Assembly: GCF_009914755.1 (NCBI RefSeq)
Contig: NC_060941.1
From: the human T2T-CHM13v2.0 reference genome, Homo sapiens
DNA: 64,000 bases
Reading direction: 5' to 3' (one strand)
This document shows positions 60,500 through 64,000 of this stretch, piece by piece (the stretch's first letter is position 1; every line of letters starts with the position of its first letter). The position numbers and the translations under genes were made by a program. Below the pieces are notes generated by a model. That model had not been told where the DNA came from, ran no database searches, and saw only the letters and a list, made by a program, of their open reading frames with translations.

Positions 60500-61350
60500 T
60501 TCATCCACTTTCTTCTCTCCACTCAACCATCCACCCACCTACCCAACCATCCACCCACGCACCCATCCATCCACTCACATATCCATTCATCTATTCACGT
60601 ATCTATCCATCCACCCACCCACCCATCCATCTATCCACATAGTCATCCATCTATTCACATATCTGCCCATCTGCCCACTTACCTATCTATCCATCCTCCA
60701 CTCACCTACCTATCCCATCTACCCACCTACCCATCCATCCACCCACATATCCATCCATCCACCCATCTATCCATCACTCTCTACTTACTTATCTGTCCAT
60801 CCATCCACCCGCCTATACATCTACCCACATATCCATCCATCTACTCACATATCTATCCATCCACCCACCTACCCATCCATCCACCCACATATCCATCCGT
60901 CTACTCATATATCTGTCCATCTACCCACTTACCCATCTATCCATCCTCCACTCACCTTCCTATTCCATCTATCCACCTACCCCTTCATCCACCCACCTAC
61001 CCATTCATCCACTCACATATCCATCCATCCATCCACCCACCTACCCATCTATTCATCACTCTCTGCTTACCTATTTACTCGCCTACCTATCCATCCACTC
61101 ACCTACCCAAATATCCACTCTTCACCCACCTATCCACCCTTGCATTATCCATACTTCCACACATCCACCTGTCCATACACCCACATACCCATGTGTCTGC
61201 CCTTTACCCATCTATCTTCCACCTCTGTATATCCATGCACCCACCTACTGATGCATCTACACACCTGCCACTCATCTATCTATTCATCTACTCACCTACC
61301 TATTTATCCATCTGCCCTCCTATCTGTCCATCTACCCATCTATTCATTCA
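60500..61350. repeat. Degenerate (CCAT/CCAC/CTAT)n simple repeat, about 850 bp
   Basis: Almost G-free plus strand made of tetramer variants. Confidence 0.92.
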
Positions 61351-61910
61351 TACAACAGATGTTTACTAAATGCCTATCGTGATGCAGCCACCATACTTGG
61401 TGCTGAAAGTGCAATGACAAGAAAAACAGAAACAGTTCCTTCCCTGAGGGAGCTTACTATCTAGGAGGTAGACATTAACACAGGCAAATACCAAATTGCA
61501 ATGGAGAAAATTGCTGTAAAGGAGAGGTACACAGTGCCATGAAAACCTGTAATGGGAGATGGAACCTAGTCAGGGAGGCAAGGAAGACTTCTCAGCTGAG
61601 ATCTAGAAGAAGAGGAGTGGACTTGGTGAGAGCAAAGAGAGAGAGCGAGAGAAACAATAAGTTCACAGAATGAGAGGCAGCTGGTGTGGCTGGAATGCTT
61701 TCCAGGGGAGTGCAGCCCAGGGGGAGATGGGAGGTATGGTAATGGCCATCTGTCCAGGGCTGTGTTGGGAAACTTTACTATTTTTCCTCAAAACAATCAA
61801 ATCATTTTAGGGAGGAAGTAAATGATCAAATCTGAGTTTTGAAAAGATTGATTAGGGAGGAGGAGAACGGCGAGGTGGGAAGACAATATAGGAGGCTGGT
61901 ATAGTTAGCT
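61350..61910. mobile_element. L2 fossil
   Basis: cattcatacaacagatgtttactaaatgcct...ccctgagggagcttactatctag; the L2 3' end abuts the CCAT repeat. Confidence 0.6.
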
Positions 61911-62084
61911 GTCCTGTAGAGTGTTTTGTTACAAATTTGGTATTGAATTTTTGGGACAAATATTTTTTCTTATGCAAATATCAACCACAAATATTGTACT
62001 GAGAGATACTTGATGTTCTGTGAAGTTTGAGTACTAAAAACAGAGGTGTTGAATGAGGGCATTTTCCCTGGGGAGAAGTTCTGC

Positions 62085-62675
62085 AGGGCATGCTATGTCT
62101 GGTTTTTCATTTGCTCTTTGAGGCAGGGATTCATTCTCCCATCTCATCCCAGGGCTGGTATAGACACCTGATGACTGTGGCTAACCAAGAAATGAATGAA
62201 AGATTTAGAAGTCTGTATGGGTTCCGGGTCTGTTTGCTCTCAGATCTATCCCCTAGCTTTCTGTGCCCTGCTCTGTATGGAAGGGGGCTGACTTCTGCAG
62301 GCAGCATTCCCAGCCTTTTGTCAATAGCAGCCAGTGGGAGGCTCTGATGGAAGAGGGAGGTAGTGGGAAGAAGGGAGAAACCAGGATATTTCTCCCTCTT
62401 TGTCTGCTTTGGGTGGAGTCTCCAGTAGCTGCTATACCTCCTTTATAGTTGCAGCTTCTTCAGGGTGACCCTGGGCCCCTCCTGGGCTTCTTTCTCTGTC
62501 CTGTGGCCTGGAGATGGTAGTGGCTTCCTGCTGTTGCTAACATCTGGTTGCCTCACTGTCCTCCTGGGCTTCTGAGCTTTTTCATCAATCATGTAACCAA
62601 TTCCTTGCATTCAAGTCCCTTTGCCTTGAACAATCTGGTGGTTTCTCTTTCCTGGTTGGATTCTGATTAATGCAA
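62085..62675. mobile_element. LTR33-like ERVL LTR
   Basis: gccagtgggaggc...gaagggagaaaccaggatatttctccc...tggtagtggcttcctgctgttgctaa...gtggtttctctttcctgg. Confidence 0.55.
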
Positions 62676-63750
62676 GACTGAGTTGTGAATGTGGCTTCCC
62701 TGTCCCGGGACCTTTCCTCAGTTTCTGGGAAATTCCCCACCTACATACCAGCTGCCTTGAGAAACTCCTTTAAACACAAATGATGGGGGATGCCATTCGC
62801 AGTTAAAAGAAGATACTGCTCCGTTTCTAAGGAAGAAAAGTATAAATGAACAAGTTAAGGAGAGGGAGTAAGACGAGGGAGTAAGTTTTGGGGGAAGAAG
62901 TAATGATTACAATAATAACAACTTTCAATTATTAGACCTCTGATATGTGCAGATGCCTTGCATACATTCTCATTAATCCTACAAAGAGTCATATTGTTCT
63001 CATTTTGCAGTTGAGCAAATTGAGGCTAGTAAATGGCAGAGCTAAGGCTTGAACCTCTGATCTCACTCCCTCCAGAACCTACGACCATTCTGTGGTGCGC
63101 ACCAAGAGAGAAAACCTTCCCAGAGAAATATTAATATTTTTATTAGTTATACATGCACTTATATATATATGCATATGCTTAATATACTGAACATATCTAT
63201 TAATAAGCCACAAAGAATATTATTAAACCAGGTCTTGCTACTCAGTATGGAAATGTCAAATCTTCAATATCCAAATCACTTTGATGATGTCTATGATGCC
63301 AAATACCCAGACAAGGGTTGAAACATCAGCCAACATCATCAGCAGCCAGTGTGACATCCCTGGACACACAGATGTCACACTACTCTTACTTTAACAATGA
63401 CATAAAACTGCATTTCCAGGAGGACCTGCAGCAGTGAAATCCCAGGCTTGATTGTCCAGGAGACTATATCTTCCTCACAGCTCACAGAGCAAACAATGTA
63501 AGAACCAAATCAATTACAAGAAGAAAGAGGAGGCATCAAAGGAGGAATAGGGTTCTTGCCATGTGCATGGTACAAAAACCAGGTGGCAGAAGCCAAGGAA
63601 GTGAGGCTTATTTAATCCTTCCTTCAGGGAACTCAGCATGGAAGGCTTTTTGACAAATGTACAGGGCAGAAGAAAGAATGCTTATCAAGAATGAGTTAGG
63701 GCCAAACAGAGGCCCTAAGGAAGTTGCCATCGTCCTTTTAAAAAACTGTT

Positions 63751-64000
<250 letters not shown>

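Noticed and set aside
60480-61382. 300-aa His/Pro/Ser/Thr-rich ORF
   Set aside because: Translation of a G-poor simple repeat that rarely forms stop codons; no ATG start and no domain.

Overview
Primate (almost certainly human, 17p13) genomic DNA carrying the 5' end of the inflammasome sensor gene NLRP1 on the minus strand. Three coding exons are present: exon 1 CDS 21721-21451 (pyrin domain), and exons 2 and 3 at 20610-20434 and 19826-19623 (disordered linker with the Q130/G131 enterovirus 3C site, two PTSTAVL motifs and Leu155). Intron 3 (1-19622, continuing off the left edge) is almost entirely a nested LINE-1 stack. An old L1PA16-like host is interrupted by an antisense L1MA1/2-like element and by a full-length L1PA4/5-like element with an apparent 82-bp 3' transduction, plus four Alus, mostly with readable target-site duplications (TSDs). 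The 42 kb upstream is non-coding: about 22 Alus, MIR/L2 fossils, several LTRs, MER3, a strong CTCF motif and the rs2670660 segment. I see no new protein-coding system; nearly all other ORFs are repeat-derived or spurious. The most promising untested idea is transposon-supplied control of NLRP1 isoforms. Candidates are a THE1D LTR distal promoter with a gained AP-1 site, an intronic L1 with antisense-promoter and gene-breaking geometry, and a uORF whose stop codon overlaps a splice donor. Repeat subfamily names and SNP identities come from memory of consensus sequences and need RepeatMasker/dbSNP confirmation.
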